Source of the DNA: the human T2T-CHM13v2.0 reference genome, Homo sapiens
Reading direction: 5' to 3' (one strand)
NCBI RefSeq assembly: GCF_009914755.1
Contig: NC_060928.1
Length of the DNA stretch: 64,000 nt
Position 1 is the stretch's first letter; the number at the start of each line of letters is the position of its first letter. The notes under the pieces were generated by a model that ran no database searches, was not told the DNA's origin, and was given only the letters and a program-made list of their open reading frames with translations. This document shows, piece by piece, positions 61,498-64,000 of this stretch. The position numbers were made by a program, and so were the translations under genes.

Positions 61498-61582
61498 CAC
61501 TCCAGTGCCTGTGACTATGTGCCCGGCCAACTTCACCTGGTCTGTAGCTGGGTGCTGGATAATGGCACCAGGAACCACCTCT
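61498..61582 (-). pseudogene. Second short MARK-like kinase N-lobe fragment
   Basis: QVKLAGHIVTGTGV resembles MARK KVKLARHILTGxEV. Confidence 0.55.
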
Positions 61583-62955
61583 GCTGACCTCTTGGCTATG
61601 TTTACTTCCCTCTGTGTTGGTGTCATTCTTGGGTGGGCTTTCCCTTCAAGGTGACAAGATGGCACCAACCATTCTAGCAACCTAACAGAAATAGAGCTTC
61701 TGTTCCCCCAGGGTTCCAACCCGGAGGTCTGACCTTTGGCACCCGACTGGTTACGTGCCCAGACCTCAGCCAATCACTATGGCTGAAGAGAATGGGCTCT
61801 GCTGATTGGCCAGGTTGAGGTCATGTGGCCTCTATCTCCAAGGGAACTTGGGAGCTGCTCACCTGCTTCCAGTGGGAGAGGGTGTGACACCTGAGAGAGC
61901 AGGTTCAGGATCGAGCCCTCTGTTCATTTCCTGGATATGCCTGCTCATGTCCTCCCACGCCACTGTCTTCTGTGTACACAAGAACCCAAGGCAGCACTTC
62001 TTCCCCTCTCCTGCCGCCTCCTTCACAGGCCCCATTTCAGGCATAATACAAAGGAACAGGGCTTCCTGCTTGAAGGTAGGATTTGGGGTTCACTCCCAGC
62101 TTCAAGGCCTGCTGCTGTGTCCTGTTGTAATCAGCCAGTCAGTGATCACCTACCATGTGCCAAACCCTTCTAGGTGCTGATCCAGGGATCAACAGGACTG
62201 ATGACGTTGCTCTCCTCAAGGAGCTGACACTGCAGCGTGAGGGGACAAATTCAGAGGACAAATTCCGATCAGTGTTCCCTCTTCCAGCACACATTCACTG
62301 AGGTCCTATTGCATGCTCCAGACATGGAAGCACGGCAGGGAGTGAAGCAGGCAGAGGTCTCCATTCTTATGGGATGATAGTCTAGCGGGGGAGACAGAGA
62401 AAACAAAAGTAAAACATAAACAAAGCTAATTAACCTGAACCCAGGTCATCAATCTGTTGAATTCAGCAAATTGTATTCCAGTGATTCAATATGGAAACAG
62501 AGGCCTAGCTAAGTGGTGGCTCATTCTTGGAGACCCAGCTCAGATGTCACCTTATGAGGCCCTGCTGGATCCTTACCACTCCCCCAGACGCTTTTGCCTT
62601 ACTTGGGACCCCTCAGTGCTGTGATCACACTTTGAAGTCCTTTCTAGCCTGTGAGTTGTGTGAGGACGCTGAGTTAGATGCAGAAAGGGGCTCAGAATGT
62701 GATGATGAGTAAAGTCTGAATAAATGAAAGGATCAACCCCCACCCCACCCCACCCCCCAAAAAAGTAGAAAATAGGAGTCAAGCTTGGTAGCTAGAGATC
62801 AGGAAGTGTCATTTTCATATCATGAAGGAAGAATAGTCAGGTCAATACTTTTTAACCCAACTCAGTGACTTCATCGTGACCAAATTTAGCAGAAATTTGA
62901 TAAAGTTTACTGCATGGTTCCATTTAGATTTTTCCAATTCATGAGTGATAGTAGC

Positions 62956-62958
<3 letters not shown>

Positions 62959-63006
<48 letters not shown>
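62959..63006. repeat. (CA)n microsatellite
   Basis: Direct. Confidence 0.95.
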
Positions 63007-63008
<2 letters not shown>

Positions 63009-63349
63009 CTCACCTCTCCATAAGCCTGAATCCTTCAGAGCTCTGTCTGAGTTTCAGTTCCGGGCAACATCAGCGCTTCTAATTTGACTGGTATTAGTTT
63101 ATGTGACTTCAATTGGACATAATTCTGTTTAATGACATAATAGCTAATGATTGCTACACACAGGAGATAGTTAAATAGTCTTTTTCATTTGAAATGAGAA
63201 ACCCAGACATCTTTCTCGTGTAGAAGCATAATGAAAATTATTTAGCTTTATCAATAAATTTTTATCAGCACCTTTTGAATCAACTAGATTTCTTTGCTTT
63301 CTGCATAGATGGAAATTTAAGTGAACTGTATACTTTGAATGGTATTAAA

Positions 63350-63560
63350 AATAATAATACCAAATGTTTAGTGAGGATCTACTATGTGCCAGGCATTTTC
63401 TATGAACTTTGTACAGGTATAAATTCATTTTATCCTCTCAGGAAACCCATTTTCTATTGCTATTATTTCCATCTTACAAATGACAAAACTAAGAAGTTGA
63501 AGGTCTTGTCCAAATCAGGACAGGAACCAGGCAACCTAGCTTCATTGCCATGAGCTTAAG
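63350..63560 (-). mobile_element. MIR relic
   Basis: CTACTATGTGCCAGGCA...CCATCTTACAAATGACAAAACTAAG. Confidence 0.6.
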
Positions 63561-63745
63561 TACTTACATAATACAACCTTTCGTTAAACATTTTAAATTT
63601 GTTTTGATGTTGACAAACCCAAGTGTACACAGCAGCACTGCTATGCAAAACAGCTTGTACAGTGTTTGAATTTACACTCTGGATTCAGTGCCACCATGAA
63701 CCTAGATGGTCATGACAGGAATGAAGTAATTTAATTATAAAACCA

Positions 63746-64000
<255 letters not shown>

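Overview
Primate (very likely human) repeat-rich DNA. I found no intact protein-coding gene; most ORFs in the track are read-throughs of Alu, L1 or LTR sequence. The window holds over 30 Alus, L1 pieces of several ages, MaLR/ERVL/ERV1 solo LTRs, MER44/Tigger/MADE1/hAT DNA transposons, MIR/L2 relics and microsatellites. Highlights: (1) a pseudogene cassette at about 59.8-61.6 kb made of an ACAD9-exon-1-like fragment (+), a decayed intronless MARK2-like kinase retrocopy (-) and a second short kinase N-lobe fragment. (2) Three separate 130-200 bp local templated duplications within 18.5-26.7 kb: one lies in a palindromic AT tract and one is inverted inside an LTR. (3) A young L1 flanked by a target-site duplication (TSD) of about 65 bp. 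(4) An internally gutted full-length L1 shell, plus an ultra-truncated L1 tail with a 16-bp TSD. Subfamily names and homologies come from remembered consensus/protein sequences and mismatch counts were made by eye; no searches were run.
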